A stretch of 22,533 nt of DNA from Dehalococcoidia bacterium (GTDB lineage: Bacteria > Chloroflexota > Dehalococcoidia > Lucifugimonadales > UBA3495). Position numbers and translations under genes: made by a program. The notes beneath the pieces were generated by a model. It saw only the letters and a list, made by a program, of their open reading frames with translations. It was not told the DNA's origin and did not search any database. Positions 1 to 8,872 of the stretch are shown piece by piece. How positions within the stretch are numbered: position 1 is the first letter of the stretch; every line of letters begins with the position of its first letter. The stretch is taken from positions 1 through 22,533 of the forward strand of contig JASLXV010000007.1 in assembly GCA_030740155.1 (NCBI GenBank). The letters are read 5' to 3'.

Positions 1-282
1 GGCAAGCTGGAACGCTATCACCAGACCCTGAAACGGGACGTGAACCAGGTCCCATACGAGATGCCCTCTGACTTGGAAGAAGCTCTTGCCGCCTTCGTCA
101 ATTACTACAACTACAGGCGGTATCACAAGGCACTGGGCAACATAACACCCGCAGATGTGCTTGAAGGGAGAAGGGAACGGATTCTACAGCGCAGAAAGGA
201 GGTGAAGGCTCAAACGATCGATAGGCGAAGACTTCATAACCGGACCCTCAGGCAGCTCACCCAAGCTCTTCCACACCTCTGA
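1..282 (+). CDS. IS3-family transposase OrfB, integrase core C-terminal part (5'-partial)
   Basis: Open from base 1: GKLERYHQTLKRD...FVNYYNYRRYHKALGNITPADV. Contains the DDE third acidic residue (ER..QTLK) and the YYN.RR.H.ALG..TP signature. Confidence 0.9.
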   Translation, partial: GKLERYHQTLKRDVNQVPYEMPSDLEEALAAFVNYYNYRRYHKALGNITPADVLEGRRERILQRRKEVKAQTIDRRRLHNRTLRQLTQALPHL

Positions 283-325
283 TCTCTCGGGTCCCAAACT
301 GTCCCATTTGTGCTGGTTGCCAACA
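1..325 (+). mobile_element. IS3-family insertion sequence, 3' end (OrfB C-terminus plus right inverted repeat), truncated by window edge
   Basis: Frame-1 integrase tail followed by a terminus ending ...TGTCCCATTTGTGCTGGTTGCCAACA at 325. The reverse complement of 293-325 matches the IS left end at 22243-22275 at 23/33 nt. Confidence 0.85.
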
Positions 326-517
326 CATCTGAGTTAGGCTGGAGTCGCGTCCGTCGCCTACGGGTAGGCTTCCCGGACAACTGGGGATAAATAATCGAAG
401 GACCCCAGACGCATCCCCAGGGCAGCGAGACACAGAGGTTCTTTTGGTGTTAGGTTATACACTATCTCAAAGCACCAGGGGTAAGGGGCGAAGGTCCATG
501 GACAGAGGAACGGCACG

Positions 518-1600
518 GTGAAGAAGCCCCGGCGTCAAATAGGCATGGTTATCGACCTTAACAAGTGCATTGGCTGTCAGACCTGCTCAATCGCCTGCAA
601 AAGGCTATGGACCGGTGGAGCAGGGCAGGAGCGCATGTGGTGGAACAAGGTCAACACCATGCCCGGAGAGGGCTCGCCGCGAGGCTGGGACGGCATGGGA
701 GGCGGTTTCGATAGCGGCCAATCCTTCATGGGTTTGCGCTTGGGACCGGGAAAACCACGTCCATCGCGACTTCCTGAGGATGAGGAGTTCGGTACGTATG
801 TGGAACTCCCGGCCGGTGAGGAAGTCGCCCGCTCCGGCGAAGGCCGGCGCACCACCGCCCCCGAGGCACGTCCCCCTTGGATGTACAACTGGGATGAGGA
901 CCGGGGGGCCGGAGAGCACCCCAACTCCTTCTTCTTCTACCTCGCCCGGCTGTGCAACCACTGCGACAAACCGGCCTGCCTCGAGGCATGCCCCAGGGAT
1001 GCCATCTACAAGAGGGATGAGGACGGAATCGTCCTCATCAACGAGGACAAGTGTGAGGGGTATCGTTTTTGCCTGGAGGCCTGCCCCTACAAGGTCATAT
1101 ATTTCAACCCCCAGGAGAATGTGGCGCAGAAATGCATCGGCTGCTATCCGCGCGTCGAGGTGGGAGTGGCGCCGGCCTGTGCCCGGCATTGCCCGGCCAG
1201 GGCGCGCTTCTACGGCTACGTGGACGATCCGGAAAGCACCGTGTACAAGCTGAGGGAGTGGAAAGTGGCGCTCCCGCTGCAGCCCAAGTTCGGCACCGGA
1301 CCCAATGTGTTCTACATTCCAGTCTTATCCTCGTCCCGCCTGGACGATGCGGGGCGGCCAACGGGTGAGCCCAGAATACCCCTGGACTATCTGAAGAGCC
1401 TCTTCGGAGACGATGTGGAGGGAGCGCTCAATACGCTGAGAGAAGAGCGGCAGAAGATGAGGAACGGCGGCAGCTCACCCCTTATGGACATTCTCATCGG
1501 CTGGAGATGGCCGGATGACTTCTTCGCTCCCTTCGTAAAGGCCCCCGACGAGGCAAAGTCCCCTCGCAAGGAGGTGACCGGTGAAGCAGCAGCAGGGTGA
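518..1600 (+). CDS. DMSO reductase family type II enzyme, Fe-S beta subunit (EbdB/NarH-like)
   Basis: Four Cys groups: CIGCQTCSIAC, CNHCDKPACLEACP, CEGYRFCLEACP (3Fe-4S type) and CIGC..PACARHCP. Also the MWWNKVNT.PG, NWDED.G.G and FFFYL.RLCNHC motifs typical of EbdB/NarH. Confidence 0.93.
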   Translation: MKKPRRQIGMVIDLNKCIGCQTCSIACKRLWTGGAGQERMWWNKVNTMPGEGSPRGWDGMGGGFDSGQSFMGLRLGPGKPRPSRLPEDEEFGTYVELPAGEEVARSGEGRRTTAPEARPPWMYNWDEDRGAGEHPNSFFFYLARLCNHCDKPACLEACPRDAIYKRDEDGIVLINEDKCEGYRFCLEACPYKVIYFNPQENVAQKCIGCYPRVEVGVAPACARHCPARARFYGYVDDPESTVYKLREWKVALPLQPKFGTGPNVFYIPVLSSSRLDDAGRPTGEPRIPLDYLKSLFGDDVEGALNTLREERQKMRNGGSSPLMDILIGWRWPDDFFAPFVKAPDEAKSPRKEVTGEAAAG

Positions 1601-4397
1601 AAGGGCGTGGGAGCAGAAGTATCGAGACATCTGGTCCTGGGACCGCACCGCTAGAGTGACCCACCCCCAAGACTGCTATCCCGGTAACTGCTCCTTTGTG
1701 GCTTATATCCGGGACGGCAAGATAGTCCGGGAAGAGCAAACGGGGAGATACCCCGTCGTGGACCCTTCCACGCCAGACTGGAATCCCCGGGGTTGCAACA
1801 AGGGCTGCATGTACTCCGCTGTGACCTACGGGAAGGAGCGGGTCCTTCAGCCCATGAAACAGATGGGCGCCCGCGGGTCCGGGGAGTGGAAGCCCATCTC
1901 CTGGGAAGAGGCCTATCGGGAGATCGCCGATGCCCTCGTGGATGAGATGATAGAGACCCCGCAGTCCATCGTGTTGGAAACACCCGCTCAGGGTGGGAGC
2001 TTCCAGGCAAGGGCGCCCATCGTACAGCTTATCAACGCGCTCGGCGGTTGCGCCCTGGATGCGGTGGGGGAGTTCAGCGACATCAGCATCGGCCAATACA
2101 TGACCTTCGGCAAGTACCACCATGCGGGCACTCAGGACACGTTGTTCAAGGCGGGGCTGAACCTGGTGTGGCACATGAACCCCGTGTACACCCGCATTCC
2201 AGGCTACCATTTCCTCAGCGAGAACAAGTACAAAGGTGGCGAGTTGGTGGTCATAGCCCCGGACTACAGCCCCTCTTGTGTCCACGCCGATCAGTACGTG
2301 CCGATCCGCGCGGGTACCGACGCGGCTCTAGCCTTGGGGATGTGCAGGGTGATTCTGGAGAAGGGGCTTGAAGACCGGGAGTTCATCAAGACTCAGACCG
2401 ACCTACCCTTGCTGGTTCGAGATGATACAAGCCGGTTCCTGCGAGAGTCGGATATCGAGGATGGCGCAAGCGACGAGATTTTCTACATCTGGGACACCCA
2501 CGGCTCCCTCGTCAAAGCTCCTCAAGATACCCTGGACCTGGGCGCCCTTGAGCCCGACCTCGATGCCGGCCACGACGTGAACCTGAAAGACGGGACGCGA
2601 GTCGGGGTGAAGACCGTCTTCGCCCTGCTCGTAGAAAGTCTGCGCGACGACTTCCCCCCGGAGAAGGTGCAGGAGATCACCGGGCTGCATCCTGACGTTG
2701 TCGAGGAGTTGGCGAAGAAGGTGGCCACCCGGCCCACCAACATCCTGGCCGGGCTCAACACCCCTAAAGTTTTCCACGGGGACTTGATAGAGCGCTCCAT
2801 GTGCCTCCTGCTCGCTCTGACCGGAAACTGGGGCCGGCCCGGCAGCGGCATCGGGAGTTGGGGTGTCATACCCGATCCGGGTGTGCCCTTTGGTGGAGGG
2901 GGCGGGAGTTCCGAGGGCCTGGCCCGCCGCATCATAAACAAAGCAAACCCGACGGCGGAAGAACTCTCTATACGCTCCAACATGATCCAGGCAAAGCTGT
3001 ACTCCCCCACGGTGCCGCCATTCTTCTTCTGGTACTATCACTGCGGCTACAAGAAGGTCTGGGACGCCATGCCCGCTGAGGAGATGGGCCTGCCACGCAA
3101 GGTGTCCGACTACGTGGATGAGGCGCTCCGGGCCGGGTGGTGGGAGGGCTTCGTCAGACCCGGCCCATCCGTGGAGCCCAGGGTCCTGTTCGTTATGGGC
3201 AACAACCCCTTGCGCCGGTTGCGTGGCGGCACCAGGACGCTGCTCAAGGAGCTGTGGCCGAAGCTGCGCAAGGTTATTACCGTTGACTTCCGGTGGAGCA
3301 CCACGGCGCTCTATTCAGACATCGTGCTGCCGGCGGCCTTCTTCTACGAAAAGGAGCAGTTCCATACGCTTACGTCCAGCGAGGTCCGCTTCTGGGCCTA
3401 CGGGCAGAAGGCCATCGACCCGGTCGGGGACTCTCGTAGCGAGTGGAAAATTGCCAACGGATTGGCCCGAACGATAGCGCAGCGGGCCAGTGAAAGGGGG
3501 CTGGACGAGTACCGGGTTCCACACGGGGTCACCCCGGAGAGGTGCAAGGCGGTGTTGGGCCGCGCCCTCTCCATCCCCGACGCGCTCCGCCCCATCCTCG
3601 GGGTGCTCCGCCGCTTCAATGAAATCCCGGATCTGCTGACAATGAACGGCAAATACTCCGAGGATGATGTGGAAGAGGCGTTGAAGGACATGGTGGAACG
3701 GTGTAAGGACGCGGGAATTTTCGAAGGGGAGGAGAGCCTCGAAAAGATACGGGAGCGCGGCTTCGTGAAGTATAACGGGCTGGGCACCACTGCCCAGGCG
3801 CGGAACATCGCCACCGAGGTTCATCCCGACTCCGCCGTCACCTCTCTGCTGCTGCATACCCGAGACCATGTCCCATACCCTACGATCACCGGCCGGGCCC
3901 AGTTCTACATCGACCATCCCTGGTTCTTGGAGTCCGGCGAGGCCCTCCCCACGCATAAGGCCCCCCCACGGCAGGGCGGGAACTACTCCTTCCGGATGGA
4001 CGGCGGGCACCTGCGCTGGAGCATCCATGCCTCGACGGCGACCAACGAACTCATGGCCCAGACCCATAGAGGTGAGCCCTTTATTTTCGTCAACGAGATG
4101 GACGCTCAGCACAAGGGAGTGGCCGACGGGGACCGCATCAGAGTGTTCAACGACTTTGGGGACTTCATCGTTCAGGCAAAGTTGAGCGCCCTGCCGGCGC
4201 GGGGCCAACTCATCATGTACCACGCATGGGACCCCCATCAATACACCGGGTGGCGAAGCTACGACCACATCATTCCCGGTCAGATCAAACCGTTGCACCT
4301 GGCGGGCGGGTACGGCCACCTCAATTACTGGGTGTCCAACTGGCAGCCGCAGCAGGTGGACCGGCACATCAGTGTTGACTTCGAGAAGGTGAAATGA
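1581..4397 (+). CDS. Ethylbenzene dehydrogenase / steroid C25 dehydrogenase-like Mo-bisPGD catalytic alpha subunit, no Tat signal
   Basis: WEQKYRDIWSWD start; FS0 ligands H28-C32-C37-C72 (THPQDCYPGNC...DWNPRGCNKG); putative Mo-ligand Asp167 (FSDISIG); HFLSE.KYKG, QTDLPLLVR, SDIVLPAA.FYEK and H.RWSIH motifs. RBS AAGGAGG at 1568-1574. Confidence 0.92.
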   Translation: MKQQQGERAWEQKYRDIWSWDRTARVTHPQDCYPGNCSFVAYIRDGKIVREEQTGRYPVVDPSTPDWNPRGCNKGCMYSAVTYGKERVLQPMKQMGARGSGEWKPISWEEAYREIADALVDEMIETPQSIVLETPAQGGSFQARAPIVQLINALGGCALDAVGEFSDISIGQYMTFGKYHHAGTQDTLFKAGLNLVWHMNPVYTRIPGYHFLSENKYKGGELVVIAPDYSPSCVHADQYVPIRAGTDAALALGMCRVILEKGLEDREFIKTQTDLPLLVRDDTSRFLRESDIEDGASDEIFYIWDTHGSLVKAPQDTLDLGALEPDLDAGHDVNLKDGTRVGVKTVFALLVESLRDDFPPEKVQEITGLHPDVVEELAKKVATRPTNILAGLNTPKVFHGDLIERSMCLLLALTGNWGRPGSGIGSWGVIPDPGVPFGGGGGSSEGLARRIINKANPTAEELSIRSNMIQAKLYSPTVPPFFFWYYHCGYKKVWDAMPAEEMGLPRKVSDYVDEALRAGWWEGFVRPGPSVEPRVLFVMGNNPLRRLRGGTRTLLKELWPKLRKVITVDFRWSTTALYSDIVLPAAFFYEKEQFHTLTSSEVRFWAYGQKAIDPVGDSRSEWKIANGLARTIAQRASERGLDEYRVPHGVTPERCKAVLGRALSIPDALRPILGVLRRFNEIPDLLTMNGKYSEDDVEEALKDMVERCKDAGIFEGEESLEKIRERGFVKYNGLGTTAQARNIATEVHPDSAVTSLLLHTRDHVPYPTITGRAQFYIDHPWFLESGEALPTHKAPPRQGGNYSFRMDGGHLRWSIHASTATNELMAQTHRGEPFIFVNEMDAQHKGVADGDRIRVFNDFGDFIVQAKLSALPARGQLIMYHAWDPHQYTGWRSYDHIIPGQIKPLHLAGGYGHLNYWVSNWQPQQVDRHISVDFEKVK

Positions 4398-5062
4398 GGG
4401 CCGCCAAGGTATCCTCGCTGACCCCGAGTGACGCCTCACCGGACTCGGACCTATGGTCGCGCGTACCGGCATACGGGCTGAAACTGAGCCCGGCGCCGGT
4501 AGCTACAGTGGATACATCACCCTACATCCGCCGGGCGTTTCGAAATGTCGACGCTGGGGCCGCCGGCTCGGCGGCCATTGGCTCCGTAAATGTACAGGCG
4601 GTGTGCGACGGCAGGCTCCTCAACTTTCGCCTGGAGTGGGAGGACCCCACGGAGGACGCTCACGCCGGCGGCACCACCAGCTTCCCGGATGGGGCGGCCG
4701 TCATGTTTCCGGTAAAGCCCGGCTCCTCGGTTATGACCATGGGCTCCCCCGAGGCGCCGGTCAACATGTGGCTTTGGCAAGCGGGCAGAGAGGCCCCCTT
4801 CGACGTCTTGAGCCGGGGCATTGGCAGTACCACGCGGCGCGACCCATCGGCGAGCGGGCTTTCCGGCAAAGGTGTGTACACCGGGGGGAGGTGGAGGGTC
4901 GTGATGAGCCGAGGGCTCAAGGGGGATGGGATCGAGTTTGTGAACCTGGCGGGAAGGCGCGTGCTGACTGTTTCTTTCGCGGTGTGGGAGGGCGGCGGCA
5001 GGGAGCGGGGCCCTCTGAAGGCCTTCTCGGGCGAATTTCAGGACCTCACATTGGGGATATAA
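4394..5062 (+). CDS. Ethylbenzene dehydrogenase-like gamma subunit (heme b, DOMON-like)
   Basis: FRLEWEDPT, FPDGAAVMFP, MTMGS...PVNMWLW, W.VVMSR.L and FAVWEG...ERGPLK motifs, with the Met and Lys heme ligands present. ATGA overlap with the alpha gene. Confidence 0.9.
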   Translation: MRAAKVSSLTPSDASPDSDLWSRVPAYGLKLSPAPVATVDTSPYIRRAFRNVDAGAAGSAAIGSVNVQAVCDGRLLNFRLEWEDPTEDAHAGGTTSFPDGAAVMFPVKPGSSVMTMGSPEAPVNMWLWQAGREAPFDVLSRGIGSTTRRDPSASGLSGKGVYTGGRWRVVMSRGLKGDGIEFVNLAGRRVLTVSFAVWEGGGRERGPLKAFSGEFQDLTLGI

Positions 5063-5091
5063 GGGGAAACGTAGAGGAGACGTAGGCATCA

Positions 5092-5931
5092 ATGGGACTC
5101 GATCTCAACTATCCGGGCGTATACCAGTATTGGGGGCCATTATGGGCGCTGATCACCCTCCTGGTGTTCGTTCAGATCCCCACTGCGCTTACCCTGTTCT
5201 CCCAGGATACGAGCTATTCTGCCCTCCTAACCCTCCCCTTCAGAATGTTGGCCTCCCGATGGGGAAGGGATGTCATGACTTTGACTCACGTCGGGTCCGG
5301 AGCGCTCATCCTGCTGCTCGGCCTTGCCTGCATCGCTTTGTGGTTCCAGCAGAAGTTGAACTCGGGCATCCCCCTCTCGCAACTCCTCCTCGATAGAGGT
5401 TGGACAGTTCTGGCGTGGCCCATCATCGCCCTAACCATCGCGACAATAGCCCTGGCCGTGAGCGGAGTGTCTCTCTACGCCAACGTCCGGCCGGGCACCC
5501 GTCTGCCCGTCTGGCGTTTCGACTACGTGCTGTCGAAAAAGATACACCGGCTTTCCTTCATCATCATGCTGGCGGTCCTGGTATATCACCTGTTTCTAAC
5601 CCCCAGGGTCTCGGGGATGTGGCTCTCCTGGCTCTCCGATCCGGGCCTCTTCGGACTGATCGTGTTGCTGGTGTTGGTCGTCTTGGGAGTGGCGGTGATT
5701 CACGGGGCGTTCATGGGGCTGGAGTGGGTCACGCACAGTATGTTCAGAAAGACCCTTGCCCGCTCCGTCGCGCCCGCGTCTCTGGTGGGAGTCATCGGTC
5801 TGACCGGACTTGCGGTCGCGGCGTCGGTTGAGCCTGTGCCTGTAGGTTGGGTTGGTGCGGTGGGGCTTGGCGTCGTCCTCCTCATGTTGGCCTTGACCAT
5901 GGCTTTCGCGTTCGCGTACCGGCAAAAGTGA
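5092..5931 (+). CDS. Integral membrane protein, cytochrome-b-like (putative membrane electron-transfer partner)
   Basis: About 7 hydrophobic segments. His66 in helix 2, SG..LY in helix 3, H152-x13-H166 in helix 4, plus His204 and His215. Starts 29 nt after the gamma gene. Confidence 0.6.
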   Translation: MGLDLNYPGVYQYWGPLWALITLLVFVQIPTALTLFSQDTSYSALLTLPFRMLASRWGRDVMTLTHVGSGALILLLGLACIALWFQQKLNSGIPLSQLLLDRGWTVLAWPIIALTIATIALAVSGVSLYANVRPGTRLPVWRFDYVLSKKIHRLSFIIMLAVLVYHLFLTPRVSGMWLSWLSDPGLFGLIVLLVLVVLGVAVIHGAFMGLEWVTHSMFRKTLARSVAPASLVGVIGLTGLAVAASVEPVPVGWVGAVGLGVVLLMLALTMAFAFAYRQK

Positions 5932-6065
5932 CCGCCATCGCAAATGCAGCCCTCTACGGGTGAAATAGAGCTATCGTAATGCGCCGAGTCCAATGCGAGG
6001 AGGGGCTGGACAAAAAGGCGCAATCGTTGTACAAGGTCGACAAAGATCCAGTCAAAGGAGATCCG

Positions 6066-6257
6066 ATGATGGCTAGTGACCCCGTATGCGGCATGGAGGT
6101 AGACGAGGAGAGCGCGGCCAGGGATGAGGTGCAATCTTCGGGAGTGACCGTTTACTTTTGCTCCCCGAAGTGCCAGGAAGCCTTTCGACAAGATCCCGAG
6201 AGGTATCTAGAGGAGGAACTGACCTACGATCCGCGTATGTTCCTCGGGGATATGTAG
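6066..6257 (+). CDS. YHS/TRASH domain metal-binding protein
   Basis: DPVCGMEVD...VYFCSPKCQEAFRQDPERY. RBS AAGGAG at 6055-6060 favours ATG 6066 (or 6069) over the ORF-track start at 5979. Confidence 0.9.
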   Translation: MMASDPVCGMEVDEESAARDEVQSSGVTVYFCSPKCQEAFRQDPERYLEEELTYDPRMFLGDM

Positions 6258-6312
6258 CCGGAAAACGGCCGGCCAAGCTGTTGAGTTACTCCAACAACCA
6301 GGAGGGGTAAGG

Positions 6313-8868
6313 ATGACCAGCGAGGGGTCTGTACAAACGGATCAGCGGGAGGCAGTAGTTGGCAAGCTGCGAGCCCTTCACTCCGGCGAGGAGACGGTCT
6401 ACACCGGCTGCCGCATCAACTGCGGTGCGAGTCAATGCATATTGAAGGTACGCGTCAACGACGGGGTGGTTACCGCTATCGAGCCCGACGACCACTACAA
6501 TCCCGGAGTGGGCCGGGAGGACGCTGTACTAACCGACGAGGACTTAATCAAGAACCGGCTGCAGCTCCGCGGCTGTCCCATGGCCTGGACGTGGCACAAA
6601 CTTGCCTACTCGCCAGAGCGCATCTTGTATCCAATGAAGAGGGTGGAAGGGTCCAAGAGAGGAGAGGGGCGATTGGAGCGCATCTCCTGGGACGAGGCGC
6701 TGGATCTGGTGGCCAACAAGATGAAGGAGACCGTGGAAAAGTATGGCCCCTACTCGATCATAACGCCCTATGCCCCGAACGCCCGCATGGAGCGCCTCTA
6801 CGGGCTGTGGGGGGCCGGAGTCGAGGGGTGGGGCTGGTGCTCCATGGACCCCGAACGCCTGGCGATACACCTCATGTCCGGCGTCCCGGGATGGTCCTAC
6901 GCCGCGGGCGCGTCCAACGACATGGGGTCTATCTTGATGAATACCAAGATGGTGGTCCTGTGGGGGTTTGAGCCCACCATCACCCATTTCGGTCCGGGTC
7001 ACCAACTGGCTTACTTCATCCGCATGGCCAGGGAGCGGGGCATCCCCGTTATCTGTATCGATCCCCGCTACACGGTGGCCGCCGAGGTCCTGGCCGACCA
7101 GTGGATCCCCATCAAACCCGGCACCGATACCGCCATGATGCTGGCGGTGGCGCACGTCCTTATCACCGAGGACCTGTACAACAAAGAGTATGTCGAGAAG
7201 TTCGTGGACCCCAAAGGCTTCCAAGAGTGGAAGACCTACATCCTGGGCGAGGAAGACGGCGAGGAGAAGACGCCTGAGTGGGCTGAGGAGATCTGCGCCG
7301 TGCCCGCTGACACCATTAGAGAATTCGCTCGCCTCTACGGCTCGATGAAGCCGACCTGGCTCTGGAAGGGGTGGGGCGTAGCCCGAAAGAGCCGGGGAGA
7401 AAACACCGCTCGGGCAGCAGCGGCCCTTCAGGCGATCATGGGCAACTGGGGCGTGGCCGGCGGCTCCGTTCCGTTGATGCTTGGGTCCCGCCCCAAGCCG
7501 CCGGTCATGATGCCGTATGGTGATATCCCCCGGCGCATGGTGCCCAAGATGTACCGCAGCCACAAGTGGGCTCAGATGGTACTCCAACTGGATAAGGTTC
7601 ACAGTGGTGAAATGAGCGTGGAGGAGTACAAGGGGCTCATCGGTTGGAGAGCCCCGGCCTCGCTGAGGGTGGAGGGACGCCACGTTAGCCTGGGTGGCAA
7701 CGCAGGGTATACCGAGGTGACCTCAACCGGCGGGGATAACGACGACACGATTCTGCCCAACCCCAAGATGCTCATGTGGGGGACTTATTACGGCCCGGGC
7801 ACCAACACCCTCAACAACAACGCAGAAGGGACAAACCTGCAGTTGGAGGCGTTGGAGCGCATGGAGTATGTGGTCTGGGCGGGAACTCAGATGGCCCCCA
7901 TGGCTCGCTATGCGGACGTGGTTTTTCCCCTTGCCGAGATGACGCTGGAAACCCGTTACATCGGCGGCAACAGCGGATACGGATCAATCACCAACATCAC
8001 CTGGCTCCCTGGAGTCGTTAAGCCGCTGGGAGAGTCCCGGCCCGATGACTGGGTGTACTCGGAGCTGGCCCGGCGACTGGGCATCGGAGAGGAGTACAAC
8101 CGCTACTACGCTGGAGACAACTGGGACGAAGCTTGGGAGCGCTACCTTGAAGATGAGTACCGGACCTGCGCCGAGGGGTTGGTGAAGCAGGGAGTCAAGG
8201 CTCCCACGTGGGAGGAGTTCAAGAAGATTGGCTTGATCAACGTTAACGAGCACTACGATGAGCCGTGGCACGGTTACACGTCGTTCACGGAAGAGGGAAA
8301 ACCCCTGCTCACCCGGAGCGGCAAGATCGAGCTGCACAGTGACGTAATCGCCGATGAGACCCAGCGAGGTAAGCTGCACATCGACGGCTCCCGGCGCATC
8401 ATCGATTCACTACCCAATGACTGGCGAGACTTGCCACCCATTCCGGCGTTTCAGAAGATGTACCGGGGAATGGACCACGCTGACATCAACCGGTTCCCTC
8501 TCATGCTCTTGACCTCCTACTCTCGCTATCGTAACCACAGCACTTTTTGGAACGTTCCTCTGCTGCGGGGCGACTGCTACCGCCATGCCATGTGGATAAA
8601 TGCCGCCGACGCCAAGGCCAGGGGGATCCGGGACGGGGACCAGGTCAGGATCTCCAACGATCATGGCGTGGCGATTCTCCCGGCTTACGTCACGTCGCGC
8701 ATCATGCCGGGCATAACCGCCATTCACCACGGAGGGTGGTACGAACCGGACGAGAATGGCGTGGATAGGGGCGCCACTCCGAACGTCTTCCTGGGCGACT
8801 CCGAGAGCCCCGTGACCGCGCCCCATGTCACCAACCTGGTACAGATCGAGAAATACACAGGGAGGTAG
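6313..8868 (+). CDS. DmsA-like molybdopterin oxidoreductase catalytic subunit, no Tat signal
   Basis: CRINCGASQC...RGC FS0 motif, RILYPMKR...GEG..ERISWDEALD, IDPRYT, WIPIKPGTDTA, KTPEWAEEICAVPA, ARYADVVFP and SGKIEL motifs, and a C-terminal molybdopterin dinucleotide-binding domain. RBS AGGAGG. Confidence 0.9.
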   Translation: MTSEGSVQTDQREAVVGKLRALHSGEETVYTGCRINCGASQCILKVRVNDGVVTAIEPDDHYNPGVGREDAVLTDEDLIKNRLQLRGCPMAWTWHKLAYSPERILYPMKRVEGSKRGEGRLERISWDEALDLVANKMKETVEKYGPYSIITPYAPNARMERLYGLWGAGVEGWGWCSMDPERLAIHLMSGVPGWSYAAGASNDMGSILMNTKMVVLWGFEPTITHFGPGHQLAYFIRMARERGIPVICIDPRYTVAAEVLADQWIPIKPGTDTAMMLAVAHVLITEDLYNKEYVEKFVDPKGFQEWKTYILGEEDGEEKTPEWAEEICAVPADTIREFARLYGSMKPTWLWKGWGVARKSRGENTARAAAALQAIMGNWGVAGGSVPLMLGSRPKPPVMMPYGDIPRRMVPKMYRSHKWAQMVLQLDKVHSGEMSVEEYKGLIGWRAPASLRVEGRHVSLGGNAGYTEVTSTGGDNDDTILPNPKMLMWGTYYGPGTNTLNNNAEGTNLQLEALERMEYVVWAGTQMAPMARYADVVFPLAEMTLETRYIGGNSGYGSITNITWLPGVVKPLGESRPDDWVYSELARRLGIGEEYNRYYAGDNWDEAWERYLEDEYRTCAEGLVKQGVKAPTWEEFKKIGLINVNEHYDEPWHGYTSFTEEGKPLLTRSGKIELHSDVIADETQRGKLHIDGSRRIIDSLPNDWRDLPPIPAFQKMYRGMDHADINRFPLMLLTSYSRYRNHSTFWNVPLLRGDCYRHAMWINAADAKARGIRDGDQVRISNDHGVAILPAYVTSRIMPGITAIHHGGWYEPDENGVDRGATPNVFLGDSESPVTAPHVTNLVQIEKYTGR

Positions 8869-8872
8869 TCAC

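Noticed and set aside
326..517. Moco/Wco riboswitch or FNR box upstream of the Mo operon
   Set aside because: Only a weak TGGTG...CACCA inverted repeat; no recognisable riboswitch core or TTGAT-N4-ATCAA site. An Rfam scan would settle it.
518..570. Twin arginine in the beta N-terminus (MKKPRRQIGMVIDL) as a Tat signal
   Set aside because: No RRxFLK consensus, hydrophobic region or cleavage site; it runs straight into the first Fe-S motif.
1581..4397. Respiratory nitrate reductase NarG call
   Set aside because: At 938 aa it is much shorter than NarG, it has an EbdC-type soluble gamma partner, there is no NarJ/NarI, and the DCYPGNC motif fits the EBDH/S25DH side.
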